Virus record (IMG/VR): IMGVR_UViG_3300005663_000033
Span: 1 to 64,000 of that record
Source of the DNA: a virus
Length of the DNA: 64,000 nt
Direction: 5' to 3' (one strand)
In this document: piece after piece, positions 1 through 10,733 of the stretch
How the letters are laid out: each line of letters starts with the position of its first letter
How positions within the stretch are numbered: position 1 is the first letter of the stretch
The notes under the pieces: generated by a model
The model's database searches: none
Told to the model about the DNA's origin: nothing
The model's input: only the letters and a program-made list of their open reading frames with translations
Program-made: the position numbers and the translations under genes

Positions 1-850
1 CCTCATTTCCTTTCGAATCTTTTTCATTCATACCCCCTACACCCCCTTCCAATAATTTGTCCAATTTAGCATTCACAAATTTATTCGCCGCAACTTTAAT
101 CACCGATTCAGGATTCGCAGGTTCATCAACAAACCCCTGCGCACCAAAAATAATATCTTTCAAAACTCTGCCGATTTTGTATCCTTGATATTCACCACAG
201 CCACCATAAATTCTCAAATGCTTTGTAAGAAAAGCAGTAGATTCATTGCGCTCAATAAGTTTAGTTTCACCTGTTGTTGAATCAATTAAGCCATAACCAA
301 AGTCTGGAAACCAAGCTTCCATTGATACAAACATCTCACCAGCTTTGGCTTTGGTGATAATTTCATCGATTCGCTCAGATAGCTCGGGAAACGCTCGATA
401 CAAAACACCAGCCACCTCAATGTCAAATTCGGCTGGAGGAGATTCATCTTTAAGCACTGCAATTTCATCGCCAGATTTGTCCAATACCCTTGTCTGAACA
501 ATGTGACCTAAAATCTTGTCAGCTTGGTGATTATCATTCATCGGTTTATGTAATGGCGACGACTTTGCCTTCCAAACTTCATAGGGTGTAAAAATATCGT
601 CGTTCAAATTCCAACCCGTACTAACAAGAATAGCAACGACAAGTGCTAAATCCGGTTGTTCCCGACCGAGAAGCTCTTCCACAGTTTGAACAGTAGAAGT
701 GGTCTTCACAAGATCAGCAACAGACATGCCATCGAAATATTTTTCGATATCGCCAACCTGAACCTGTGCTGTAACAAATGCAGTCGAACTTCCAGCTTTA
801 TTCGTCTGAAATTCTATACCAGCTTCTTTCTCAGCTTTATAAATGCGCAC
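1..850 (-). CDS. Prohead protease-like head maturation protein, partial (runs off the window start)
   Basis: Not in the ORF track; translated by hand from GTG at 850 with a GGAGG RBS: MRIYKAEKEAG...VSTGWNLNDDIF...HKPMNDNH...ILGHI...VSMEAW...GFVDEPANPES. The His/Ser pattern and V-x-x-PA-x-P motif resemble phage prohead proteases; lies downstream of the portal. Confidence 0.6.
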   Translation of the reverse strand, partial: MRIYKAEKEAGIEFQTNKAGSSTAFVTAQVQVGDIEKYFDGMSVADLVKTTSTVQTVEELLGREQPDLALVVAILVSTGWNLNDDIFTPYEVWKAKSSPLHKPMNDNHQADKILGHIVQTRVLDKSGDEIAVLKDESPPAEFDIEVAGVLYRAFPELSERIDEIITKAKAGEMFVSMEAWFPDFGYGLIDSTTGETKLIERNESTAFLTKHLRIYGGCGEYQGYKIGRVLKDIIFGAQGFVDEPANPESVIKVAANKFVNAKLDKLLEGGVGGMNEKDSKGNE

Positions 851-870
851 CAAAGCCTCCCATCGTATGT

Positions 871-880
871 TTTATACACA
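871..880 (-). promoter_or_regulatory. Putative late promoter, (G/T)GTGTATAA class
   Basis: TGTGTATAAA just upstream of the RBS of the protease-like gene; six positioned copies of the motif in the window. Confidence 0.55.
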
Positions 881-936
881 ACCATAGATTAAAAGTATAC
901 TCAATCATATAAAATAAAAGACCGTTCACCAACATA

Positions 937-1275
937 CTACCTTGGATTACGCCCTTGCTTTATAAAATCAATTGTATCGGCCCGTGCCTTTTTATCGTCA
1001 TGAACAGCCTTGGATGCGAATCCATCTTCATTAAGCTCAGAATGGGCTTCTGTAGCAAGTTCTTCTGGAGAAGGAAGATAAAAATGCCGCCTTTCCTTCA
1101 TCCCATGACCATCGACATTTTCAATAGTATAGCCAAAATTTATCTCAAATTCGTCTACCGTATCAAACTTCAAATATTTACTTATATTGAATTCATCACT
1201 TGGAACCAAAACACCATTTATTGTTAAAATTGCTAGTCTAGTATCCGTATCCAACGAAACATTCACAATTGCCAT
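937..1275 (-). CDS. Hypothetical protein (head module)
   Basis: 112-aa ORF with AAGGGG RBS between portal and protease-like gene. Confidence 0.7.
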   Translation of the reverse strand: MAIVNVSLDTDTRLAILTINGVLVPSDEFNISKYLKFDTVDEFEINFGYTIENVDGHGMKERRHFYLPSPEELATEAHSELNEDGFASKAVHDDKKARADTIDFIKQGRNPR

Positions 1276-1368
1276 ATCATTTCCCCCTTAAGTTCAAACC
1301 CTTGTTTACAAACACACATATCACGGCGATCAAATTCAAAACATGGTTACTCCACCATATCTAATCCC

Positions 1369-3504
1369 CTAATTGTTCGGCAACATGTTGGCCCACGCTA
1401 AAGTAGTCAATATTCGACGCTCCTTGGTAGTGGGTGTCTTTTGTGTAGATGCTGTGAAATTTACCATAAGATCACAGAAATGATCCTCCATAAGACGAGC
1501 ACCTTTCCCTGCCGTATTCAGTCTTCCAGCTATGAGTTCCTTCGTCACTTTATCATCAGGACGCAAGACAGACAAGATACCACGCTTGGTTCTATCCAAT
1601 TCGGTTCTCTGAGATTTGGTTAGAGATCGCATATTCTTTACTTTATGTTGCTTTAAATAAGGATCATCAATCAATTGATCAATTTTATCCAAAAACCCAT
1701 CAGCTACTATATGTAAAACAGATTGAGTTCTAGGCGTCCGTTCGTTCCTTGGTCCCGTATCTTTAGTTGACGGTGGTCGTCCTGGTGGATTATTGCCCTC
1801 ATCTTTTGGTTGATCCCCGCTTGGGTTGTCACCGCCGCCGTTATCGTCACGACTGTCGTTCCCATTTCCATTTAGTCGCTGCTTGACCTTTTCTAGCTTA
1901 ATATCTAGTTCGTTTTGTTTTTCCATGATAGAGAATGGGCGGTTATATGGATTTGATTTTTCTAACAAACCAGGTTCATCATCTCTAGTTTTTTGCTCAG
2001 ATTTCAGTCTTTCAAGTTCTATCATATAATTTACTCCGAATACCTCCGTAGCTTTTTCGGATGAAATAATACCACGATCGAGCAATTGGATTATCAACTG
2101 CTTCTCTGCTGCTTCGTCTCGCAACGACATAATACCAAAGCTAATTGCAGGAATCTTTTTGAAGCCCATTGCATCAGCTACTAGACGTAATTCTCCCTCC
2201 ATCCAGCGAATAGCACGACTGCGCACATATTCTAAGCGTTCAACCAAAGTTTTTAGCTGAACAAAAGCTGATTGAGCATTACGTGTTCCAAGGTCTGATC
2301 CGCCGATAAGGGAATCTGGAATACCAAGACCACGAACAATGTCACTATTAACACCTATATATTTTTCTGCTCCGAGAATCTTATCCGTAGGGGGATATTC
2401 TATTTGTAGATCAATCATATCATCCCACACAAGGTCCATAACCCCGCCACCGGTATTGTCTTCAAGAATTCCGATTAGTCTATCTACCAAGGCTGGTGCA
2501 GGAAGAATGTGTTGATCAGATTTGCCTAATTTCCACAGACGAATCACATTGATAACACCATCAAGCGCAGCCATATCTGCTAATCGCATTTTTTCTTTGA
2601 ACATTACATCTTCAAGAACGCCATATAGAAACGGTGTGCCCCAATCTTCCCAATCATCTTTTTTGTAATAGTCTACATATATTTTGTCCATATCTAAACC
2701 TACTAACCTGCTACCGTTCTTAGCTGCCCTAACAACCTCTGGTGGAAGTTTTCTAATGTGTTCCTTCTCTGCTTTTGTTTTAGGATTTCTAATGGCATTG
2801 GATAAAGATTGTGGGAGACGCATTCCGAGTGCATCTGAACCAAAAAATCTGCCTACTTCTCCACCAATTTTCTCAACTGTCACTGGAGAAAGAAATATAT
2901 ATCTCCATGGAATCTCATTCCGATTGGTTTTCTTCTTTGTTGTCTTAATTTTTTCTGGTGGATCATCAACTTTTGTTTCGTCGACATGGTCTATACCGAC
3001 TACGCCGCCCTTTGTCATTTCTTTTGCGACAGGTTTAGTAATAAGTGCATTTTTGCGACGAACAATCACGTTTGCGTCTCGCATTAACAATTTCATAAAA
3101 TCATGGGCTCTACCTTGTAGATCAACCTTCACAGCCCATTTTCTATAAAATCGCTCTTGGGTTTTGGTGGTGTGTTGCAGTTCCAGCCCCTCTGCTGCAA
3201 AATCCGTCATCAAATCAATAATGTTGCGAACCATACCAATTTTTCTATAAATAGCCTGACAAGCCATAATAATCTCGGAGTGTTTTGTGGGAAGTTTGTC
3301 ACTCGGACGTTGGGCCTCATAATCATGGCGATTATGTCCAGCACGAAGACTAACATCGGTTGCTATAGTACGATGAGCAATTCCATGTGTAATATGACAT
3401 ATTTCTGGAAGAGTATGATTAGAAATATTTTTTGAACTATTGGTGTAAAAACAATTATTTGTCAGAGTTTTTGGTTTATTGGTACTGGGTTTCTTTTTTG
3501 CCAT
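1369..3504 (-). CDS. Portal protein (probable)
   Basis: Large ORF directly after the terminase; likely start MAKKK at 3504 (GGAGG RBS); portal-like segments (IYRKIGMVRNIIDLMTDFA, WGTPFL, LGIPDSLIGG, GIISSEKATE) and a Gly/Pro/Asp-rich tail. Confidence 0.75.
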   Translation of the reverse strand: MAKKKPSTNKPKTLTNNCFYTNSSKNISNHTLPEICHITHGIAHRTIATDVSLRAGHNRHDYEAQRPSDKLPTKHSEIIMACQAIYRKIGMVRNIIDLMTDFAAEGLELQHTTKTQERFYRKWAVKVDLQGRAHDFMKLLMRDANVIVRRKNALITKPVAKEMTKGGVVGIDHVDETKVDDPPEKIKTTKKKTNRNEIPWRYIFLSPVTVEKIGGEVGRFFGSDALGMRLPQSLSNAIRNPKTKAEKEHIRKLPPEVVRAAKNGSRLVGLDMDKIYVDYYKKDDWEDWGTPFLYGVLEDVMFKEKMRLADMAALDGVINVIRLWKLGKSDQHILPAPALVDRLIGILEDNTGGGVMDLVWDDMIDLQIEYPPTDKILGAEKYIGVNSDIVRGLGIPDSLIGGSDLGTRNAQSAFVQLKTLVERLEYVRSRAIRWMEGELRLVADAMGFKKIPAISFGIMSLRDEAAEKQLIIQLLDRGIISSEKATEVFGVNYMIELERLKSEQKTRDDEPGLLEKSNPYNRPFSIMEKQNELDIKLEKVKQRLNGNGNDSRDDNGGGDNPSGDQPKDEGNNPPGRPPSTKDTGPRNERTPRTQSVLHIVADGFLDKIDQLIDDPYLKQHKVKNMRSLTKSQRTELDRTKRGILSVLRPDDKVTKELIAGRLNTAGKGARLMEDHFCDLMVNFTASTQKTPTTKERRILTTLAWANMLPNN

Positions 3505-3554
3505 TTCGCCCTCCAAAAAATCAATACCATTGCAATACAATTACGGTCACACTA

Positions 3555-3564
3555 ATTATACACC
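3555..3564 (-). promoter_or_regulatory. Putative late promoter GGTGTATAAT
   Basis: Intergenic between terminase and portal, oriented toward the portal. Confidence 0.6.
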
Positions 3565-3571
3565 ATCGACT

Positions 3572-6500
3572 TTAGATTCTTCTACCTCTTTTGATAGCTC
3601 TGAAAGTATATCCTTGGCGAGCAGCATTAGCATTTTTCATCCCACCAACACCCGATCCGCGATACATAACCTCATCTTTACCAGGTTTTTCTCTTTTATT
3701 TATATTCCCGGCTACATCCTCGTAATCAATATTTTCATCTGGAGCTATATCTGTATCATAGATATACTTGTGAGACAACAAAAGAGCCGTATAGCGATCT
3801 TTGCGAAGTCTACCCTTTCTACTACGACCCTCAACAGCACCCGGCCGAACTACCTGCGGAGTGTCAAATCTCTCTTTTCCTGTTGGGGTTTCACTCATCT
3901 GAATAGTGCAAAGTTCATTCTTTAATTCTTCAAGATTAAATACATTTTCTTCATAAGTATCAAAAATAACCCCCATAGTCTTTTCGGCTTCGATGGCAGA
4001 ATACATTTTTACACTATCAAAAGCTGGAAATAATAAAGTGCGAGTTTCCAAACTTTTGTGTAAGGCAATATTAGCTTGCTGATTTGATTCATTACTTTGT
4101 GCAATGAGATGTAAAATGTGGCGTCCATCAGTCTCTCCATCGGTGTGTTTCGGATCATCAATATCTATGACTTCATATATGGGAAAATCTCCTTCATCTA
4201 TGTTAAGTAATTTTTTGTTTCGGAGCAATTCAGCTACAGCGTATCCACCGCCTTGACTATCCATTTCTATCCGAACCGGACCAAACAATCGAACAATTTC
4301 ACGAATTCGTGAACAGCAGTAGGCGTAATAATCATCATCGGTTACTAATCCCCGCTTCTTACGTTTTATGAATTCCTTTTTGTTAACAGACCAACAGTAA
4401 ACTACTCGATAATGGTTGGACCAAACTTCAGTTACTGTTATGGCTAAGTTATCTCGCTCGGCAGCGGGATCAACACCCATTACATATTTAGGCCCCTTAA
4501 TTCCCCTCATTGATGGAGTAAATGTTACCGCACCGTCCGGTGTCTCAATTGGTTTATTTGGCCCAACAGTACATCCTTCTATTAAACTACGTGGATAAAA
4601 TCCATCAGAATCCTTTACAAAAATAGCACCATATTCCATAAGATAAATATTACGAGGTAAAGTTGCTTTAGCATGTGCTAATTGTCTTAAATCTAATAGA
4701 CCTTCTGGGAGATGGGTATGTGGAATTCGAATAATAGAATAATCTTTATAATTGAAGCTATCTGGAACAAGATTATCCCCTCCAAAAATCTGAGCAACTT
4801 TCTCCGGATCACCCTTACTGCGAATAATACCTTGCCACATATCATGTTTTTTAGAAAAATGGTTAAATGCATAATAAGCAGTACCAGAATATATAATCTG
4901 GTTGCCATGCATCTTACCATCATCGATAATTAATTTTTTCTTGATATCTGCCGGTAAGTCCATCTTTGCAAGCTGTTTATCAAAAGCAATCTTTTTCGCT
5001 TCTTCAACGGGAGTTTTGGAAGTAGCTGCAAAACCACGAACAACTACATCAAAAACATCTTCTGGAATTGATGCGAATTCATCTGCGATAACAACATTTG
5101 CCCTAAACCCACGAATTTTTGTATTGTGGCTGTGGAATCCATTGGCACAATACTCGTGACCATCTGGAACATGCACATCGAAAGTTACGCATTCATCATC
5201 TTCTATAGATACAATCTCATCATAATAAGTATCTGGATCAACAAGACGACGAATAGAGTTGATACGGGGATCATCGATATGTCCATATACTCTTAGGAAA
5301 TTCTCGACCAATGGTCTACTAGCTGATTTCTTAACTTTTAATCTTCCAACACAAACTGATACACAGTTACCAGTTCCATGTTTGGCTCTATGACTTTCGG
5401 AGATATCAATCATGTCATCCAAAACGTTGGGGATTGAGTCGCCTTGATCCATCCATCGCTTCTTCTTTTCAATTCCTGCAAGAAGTTTATCTTGTTTTCT
5501 TTTCAATCTAAACCCAATTTTAGTAGCAAATGTAGCTACGTCTCTTCCTGTTATAGATAATTCATAACACTCTTCCCATTTTTCATTACGTTTTCTGGAT
5601 TTTACATGAGCAACAATACCATAATGAAGTAGGATATATTGAAGTTGTCTAACAAGTTCTTTACTAGTGTTGTGGAAAGTTATTCCTATTTGAGTACCCC
5701 CGCGTTCTGTCGTAACCTGAACAGTACCATCTGTGTCGAACAGACCGGAGATAAATGCTGATGTTACATTACGTGGAGATTTAAGAATGGTGGATGGAAA
5801 TTGCTTGTCTTTGGTTTTAAGATGGTCTGTATCTATTCCAAATTTTTCAAATAAATTATCCCTTTGTGGCTTGCTGGATAATATCCAGTGCATTGGATCT
5901 GATGGTATTTGTCTTATTGGAACCAAGTTGCGAACAGCAAGAGCCAATTCTTCGTCTTGTGTAGCAAAGCCAATCCTCCCCGGAACCGTATAACTTCCAT
6001 CTCCAGCTAATAAGCCGAGAGCATATGCTTCGTCTTGTGATACTCCGGAATTCCCATCGTGCCACCTAAGAGAACGATCTATGAGGACCCTATCCCCAAG
6101 TTTCATCTCATCCATTCTTACCCATACAATCTTTTGATTTCTAACAATCTTTAGTTTGTGGTTATTAGTGGCGTTGAATTCGAATCCATGATGTGTTTTT
6201 ATTTTTTTAGTTTTTGATTTTCCATTACAATAGGACTCATCACTTAGTCTAAATTTGCCATTACCCCAAATTTCCTTATATCTTTTTACGGTAGTTTTAT
6301 TTGTTTGTCCAGAAACTTGGTCGTCGGATATTCTTCCAAACCCATTTTTGTATGTTACACAAGTTAAAGTGTCACTGCAACCGTCTCCCATTGGCAGCGC
6401 ATAGATAATACTGTCTCCAATAGTAAAATAGCAGAGGTCCACATTCTGTCTTGGGCCAGCTTTCTTCCCTTTACCAACAATACCCCTAAGCATTGGAGAA

Positions 6501-6940
6501 TCACTCCACATAGTATCTATGTAATTGAATACCAACCTGGCTTGACGTAAGCCAGCGCCAACGATCACAACTTTTGTACCAGGATCAAGCAAAGCCCGAA
6601 GAACTGAATATACAGCAAGCATGTAGGATTTACTACCACCACGACAAGCAATAAGCATCGGGAAAGGAGTATTCCACATCATCTGAAGTGTGGCAATTTG
6701 AATTGGAAATAAATCTATACCGAGAATAACCTTGGCCGTCCATCCAATATAATCAATATCTAACATTTTGCTTAAAACAACTTCATTCAATGGATTTTTT
6801 GATTGCTTTAAGTCAGTAAAGATATGTCGATCTATAGTAGGTACACGATCACGGAATGGAAACAGATGTCCATACTTTCCTTGCGCACCATATAATAATT
6901 CATCAAGAGCAATCTTAGTCTTACTGTCCATAGATAACAT
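3572..6940 (-). CDS. terL: Terminase large subunit, intein-containing
   Basis: Q motif (LFPIQ), Walker A-like ACRGGSKS, KIRG..VVIADEF Walker B, motif III-like YSGT, RNase H-like MGVDPA and C-terminal KDRYTA; next to the portal. Confidence 0.9.
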   Translation of the reverse strand: MLSMDSKTKIALDELLYGAQGKYGHLFPFRDRVPTIDRHIFTDLKQSKNPLNEVVLSKMLDIDYIGWTAKVILGIDLFPIQIATLQMMWNTPFPMLIACRGGSKSYMLAVYSVLRALLDPGTKVVIVGAGLRQARLVFNYIDTMWSDSPMLRGIVGKGKKAGPRQNVDLCYFTIGDSIIYALPMGDGCSDTLTCVTYKNGFGRISDDQVSGQTNKTTVKRYKEIWGNGKFRLSDESYCNGKSKTKKIKTHHGFEFNATNNHKLKIVRNQKIVWVRMDEMKLGDRVLIDRSLRWHDGNSGVSQDEAYALGLLAGDGSYTVPGRIGFATQDEELALAVRNLVPIRQIPSDPMHWILSSKPQRDNLFEKFGIDTDHLKTKDKQFPSTILKSPRNVTSAFISGLFDTDGTVQVTTERGGTQIGITFHNTSKELVRQLQYILLHYGIVAHVKSRKRNEKWEECYELSITGRDVATFATKIGFRLKRKQDKLLAGIEKKKRWMDQGDSIPNVLDDMIDISESHRAKHGTGNCVSVCVGRLKVKKSASRPLVENFLRVYGHIDDPRINSIRRLVDPDTYYDEIVSIEDDECVTFDVHVPDGHEYCANGFHSHNTKIRGFRANVVIADEFASIPEDVFDVVVRGFAATSKTPVEEAKKIAFDKQLAKMDLPADIKKKLIIDDGKMHGNQIIYSGTAYYAFNHFSKKHDMWQGIIRSKGDPEKVAQIFGGDNLVPDSFNYKDYSIIRIPHTHLPEGLLDLRQLAHAKATLPRNIYLMEYGAIFVKDSDGFYPRSLIEGCTVGPNKPIETPDGAVTFTPSMRGIKGPKYVMGVDPAAERDNLAITVTEVWSNHYRVVYCWSVNKKEFIKRKKRGLVTDDDYYAYCCSRIREIVRLFGPVRIEMDSQGGGYAVAELLRNKKLLNIDEGDFPIYEVIDIDDPKHTDGETDGRHILHLIAQSNESNQQANIALHKSLETRTLLFPAFDSVKMYSAIEAEKTMGVIFDTYEENVFNLEELKNELCTIQMSETPTGKERFDTPQVVRPGAVEGRSRKGRLRKDRYTALLLSHKYIYDTDIAPDENIDYEDVAGNINKREKPGKDEVMYRGSGVGGMKNANAARQGYTFRAIKRGRRI
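5123..6379 (-). mobile_element. Intein with LAGLIDADG homing endonuclease in terminase (419 aa)
   Basis: Junctions PMGDG|CSDTL ... ANGFHSHN|TKIRG; block B TNNH; AYALGLLAGDG and FISGLFDTDG. Confidence 0.92.
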
Positions 6941-6975
6941 CCATATCAGACCACGTCCTAAATCTTCTAGTCATT

Positions 6976-7521
6976 CTAGAAACCAAAACAATCCCCTTCG
7001 GATTTTCCTTTAGGTTCTTGATAAATCCATCGATCTTTTTCAACCCTAACTACTTCTTCACAAATCATCTGAGCTATTTTGCGACCACAAGCTCCTGCTG
7101 GAATAAGGTGTACGCCATATTTAATTGATAAATGCATTAACCATCGCACTAATGACTTACCGGGTACTCCTTTGGTAAATTGAGGTGGAGATAATTCCAT
7201 AATATCTGGTGTAAATGATGACTCAATGATAATATACGGATATTTCATAGTGGACATGCGCTCCATCTCAGCCTCAAATGCCGATCGTTTTTTACTTCCG
7301 TAATTACCCCAAAGCTCCGCAAAATCGGCCTTGCGCTCAATAGCTAAAATATCGGTGTAACCTACAAGGCTATAATCCCCAGTCTGAAGAGTATCTATGA
7401 TCATACCTTCACATCTGGGGGGACGGCGATCTGGCACGTGCGCACTAAAGGTCCACCCGTAACCTTCTTGTTCTCTCGTATCACGAATTACTGTGTATGT
7501 CGGCAAAATTAAACGGGGCAT
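6976..7521 (-). CDS. ERCC4/XPF-type nuclease (possible resolvase)
   Basis: DTREQ, GDY, IERK and IIIE motifs. Confidence 0.85.
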   Translation of the reverse strand: MPRLILPTYTVIRDTREQEGYGWTFSAHVPDRRPPRCEGMIIDTLQTGDYSLVGYTDILAIERKADFAELWGNYGSKKRSAFEAEMERMSTMKYPYIIIESSFTPDIMELSPPQFTKGVPGKSLVRWLMHLSIKYGVHLIPAGACGRKIAQMICEEVVRVEKDRWIYQEPKGKSEGDCFGF

Positions 7522-10500
7522 TCAACCAACGCCTTGTAATCGCTCTGAATCATTCGATCAATTAGTTCACCGAAACAAATAGTTGACTCCCATCCTAAAA
7601 CTGTTTTTGCCTTACTAGGATCAGCATGAAGCAGATTAACATCTACCGGACGATAAAATGCAGGATCAATAATTACATAGTCACTATAATCTAGTCCAAT
7701 AGAATCAAATGCCAATTGTAGAAATTCTTTTACAGTATGAGTCTCGCCAGACCCCAATACATAGTCATCGGCTTTCGAGTGTTGCATCATCAACCACATA
7801 CCACGAACCATGTCTTCAGCATGTGACCAATCTCTTTTAGCTTCGATATTGCCCAAAGCCAATGGAAGAACATCAACATCTATACGAGGAAATCCACTGT
7901 TAACATCCATCCAATTCTGAAGCATTGCAACATATTTTGTGATCTTACGAGTAACAAAAGCCTCACCCCTACGTTCACTATTATGAACATGAGACATCCC
8001 AACACCACAATTAAACGTTCCAGATTCCGTTTCAATATCCAAAACATAATCTTCTCTTGGCAATTCAATTATTTTTGTTACTTCATTAGTCAATCTACGT
8101 AGATGTAGTCCCTTGCCAGTATCGTTCGGCGAATGAAAATTTACGTGATATGTCAATACATCTCTGTTAAAATATGTGTTAATATTAAAAGATTGTCCAG
8201 TTAATTGATTAATTATATAAATCAGACCAGAAGCTAAAATGGACGAATTAGTTTTAAAACTCTGATATAAATATGTGCATCTTGTAACTGGACTCTTCAG
8301 CCCGTCACATTGATAATATGCATCAATAAAATCTTTCCATACTTTGCTGAGATTCAAAATAATAGATGGAACTCTTTTCTTATTTCCAGAATATATCAAA
8401 TTTCTTAATTTAACTCTTTGTTCCTTATTTATTCCTCCAAGATATAGTTGTGTAGATTTCCCTCCAAAACCAGATTCACAACAATAAGTTCTGTGTGTAC
8501 CATTATATATAGTTTTCCACAAATATGCTACACGATCTCTAATGTTCTTATCATTATTCGTAAATTGAACTTGGCGATCAATTGACACATATCCATCACC
8601 GACAAGATATCCTAATAATTCAGCAAATTCTGGAGTGAGATTTTCTGATATGATTATTGTATCGGATGTCTCTCGTGGCATTGTTTCAACTAGCGACACC
8701 AAAGACCCTTTCTTCAAATGATCAACTCTAATATCTTGCCCATTTTCATCTAATGCTTTATGATGAGCCGTTGCATTAAAAGAACCACCGCGAGAATTAA
8801 TACAAATCATCCGATGATCACTGTTTTGCTCATCTGTTTTTGTGACTGTCGTCCACTTGATTTTTGTCCAACCATCCTGATCCCAGATATAAGTATCACG
8901 TGTCTCAAATGTCTGTGGCTTATTCGTTTCTGTATCAAAATTATGTAAATCACCTGCGGGAATAATATCTATCATACCATGTCGTTTGATGAATATCGGT
9001 GTATTAGTAGAAATGCATTCGTGGTTAAATAGAATACCCGCACAGGCGAAAATACCGTATGCTCGACGATATAAACCAACAAGTTGATGTGCGTATAGCT
9101 TGGCAACAGCGTATGGCGAATTGGGTACCATAGGTGTTGTTTCACATTGAGGAGCGATATCCGTTTCTCCAAAAAGTTCTGATGTTGAATTCCCCGAAAA
9201 GGCCAGTTTTCCCTTTCTGGAAATCAAAAAATTATGATTATCTTCCATAGACAAACACCAAACCTTACCCCTATATGGAACACGGCTTATGTTTTTTGTA
9301 TAAAGTTTATTTGTGGATTTTCCCGCAATGGTAAATGCATAACTTTTACTAGGAGTAACATCATGTCCACATATTTGTGTCACATTCGGCGTAGCATAAT
9401 TGTATGAACAATTTTTTCCTACATTTGCGCATAATCTAATAAAATCAACAGCTAGTTGATCTGATGTTGTTGTAAAATATTGTGTAACACCACCCCCTCT
9501 TCGATAACCGTCACTGTCTATTAATCCCTCAAATACTCGCTGTTGTAAACTTATCGGTATGGAAAAAACAAAATCTGGAATACTTTTGTATTTACATTTT
9601 GTTCCACACAAACGGAATACAGATGCTAAAGCCGAACAGGATAATTCTATTGTAATATCTTTGGCCCTAAAATCTAATCCAAGTTTATTGAGACATTTCA
9701 GTAATTTATTCCTTGCTTTATCTGGTTCTGGAACAGCAAAAAGAATATAGCTACTTTTACCACCAGACTCAATATCGCGATCCATATTTTCTGCAACAAA
9801 TTTACCATCAAAACTTTTGTTTCTAGTTGTCCCCATCTTTCCACTAAGAGTATTTCTAACGAATTTAACTTTTCTTTTACTAGAGGAAGCAAAATAACCA
9901 TCCCCAATATACAAACCAAGAAGATAATAGAAACATTCGGCATTTATTTCGTCAATTAAATTAACAGAACAATTATCTGCAAAATTATTGTTCGCTAGTT
10001 CTGATAACTTAACGGTTGATACATAACTCTCTGAAAAATGATTTGATGTCATAGGAATAGAATATTTACTAGTTCGACTATAGGGAAACAGTGACGCCAC
10101 ATTACTAGCTTGTTCCCTAACAATACATCCATCATCATTCCTCAACAGAACACTATGATTAGGTGTAACTAGCTGGTTGATCCTTCTACCCTTTAATGAA
10201 ACCATCTTCCCATCGTAGTCATATATCAGTTTTTTAACCACCCGTTTTATTTCAACGCACCCAGTCGATTCATTAAGTGTGTAAACACGATCACCAACAC
10301 AAATCTTGTCATATGATTTAATTCCATCAACAGTAACCACCTTTGTCTCCGTGTCATGGCAGGCTTGATAAAATTTGCTATGTGGTGAAGACTGACGAAT
10401 CGATTCTAGCATATTAAGTGGACCCACTGCATTAATTTGACACGTAGTGATAGGCTGATCAAACGAAACACCAACATGACTCATCGCAGCCAAATTATAA

Positions 10501-10733
10501 ATTTCATCGGGTTGAATTCCTGAAATCAATCGGTGCATACATGAAAAATCCGTAATATCCCCTTCAACTAACTTAAAGTTAGGATGATTCTGAAAATGAA
10601 CAATTCTTTCAGTAGTATTAACGGATGACCGACGAATCAATCCATAAACCCTATAGTCTTTCTCCAACAACAATTCTGATAGATAACTACCATCCTGCCC
10701 AGTCGTACCTGTTATTAGTGCAATCTTATCCAT
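7509..10733 (-). CDS. gmd: GDP-mannose 4,6-dehydratase with two inteins
   Basis: Spliced 337-aa extein: ALITGTTGQDGSYL, YNLAAMSHV, FYQA|STSELFG, SPYAVAK, GILFNHE|SERRG..FVTRKI, LGNIEAKRDW. Confidence 0.95.
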   Translation of the reverse strand: MDKIALITGTTGQDGSYLSELLLEKDYRVYGLIRRSSVNTTERIVHFQNHPNFKLVEGDITDFSCMHRLISGIQPDEIYNLAAMSHVGVSFDQPITTCQINAVGPLNMLESIRQSSPHSKFYQACHDTETKVVTVDGIKSYDKICVGDRVYTLNESTGCVEIKRVVKKLIYDYDGKMVSLKGRRINQLVTPNHSVLLRNDDGCIVREQASNVASLFPYSRTSKYSIPMTSNHFSESYVSTVKLSELANNNFADNCSVNLIDEINAECFYYLLGLYIGDGYFASSSKRKVKFVRNTLSGKMGTTRNKSFDGKFVAENMDRDIESGGKSSYILFAVPEPDKARNKLLKCLNKLGLDFRAKDITIELSCSALASVFRLCGTKCKYKSIPDFVFSIPISLQQRVFEGLIDSDGYRRGGGVTQYFTTTSDQLAVDFIRLCANVGKNCSYNYATPNVTQICGHDVTPSKSYAFTIAGKSTNKLYTKNISRVPYRGKVWCLSMEDNHNFLISRKGKLAFSGNSTSELFGETDIAPQCETTPMVPNSPYAVAKLYAHQLVGLYRRAYGIFACAGILFNHECISTNTPIFIKRHGMIDIIPAGDLHNFDTETNKPQTFETRDTYIWDQDGWTKIKWTTVTKTDEQNSDHRMICINSRGGSFNATAHHKALDENGQDIRVDHLKKGSLVSLVETMPRETSDTIIISENLTPEFAELLGYLVGDGYVSIDRQVQFTNNDKNIRDRVAYLWKTIYNGTHRTYCCESGFGGKSTQLYLGGINKEQRVKLRNLIYSGNKKRVPSIILNLSKVWKDFIDAYYQCDGLKSPVTRCTYLYQSFKTNSSILASGLIYIINQLTGQSFNINTYFNRDVLTYHVNFHSPNDTGKGLHLRRLTNEVTKIIELPREDYVLDIETESGTFNCGVGMSHVHNSERRGEAFVTRKITKYVAMLQNWMDVNSGFPRIDVDVLPLALGNIEAKRDWSHAEDMVRGMWLMMQHSKADDYVLGSGETHTVKEFLQLAFDSIGLDYSDYVIIDPAFYRPVDVNLLHADPSKAKTVLGWESTICFGELIDRMIQSDYKALVECPV
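7980..9017 (-). mobile_element. Intein 2 in gmd (346 aa, LAGLIDADG)
   Basis: FNHE|CISTNT ... MSHVHN|SERRG; ATAHH block B; LLGYLVGDG and FIDAYYQCDG. Confidence 0.9.
9189..10361 (-). mobile_element. Intein 1 in gmd (391 aa, LAGLIDADG)
   Basis: FYQA|CHDTET ... KLAFSGN|STSE; VTPNH block B; LLGLYIGDG and FEGLIDSDG; ends GN rather than HN. Confidence 0.9.
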
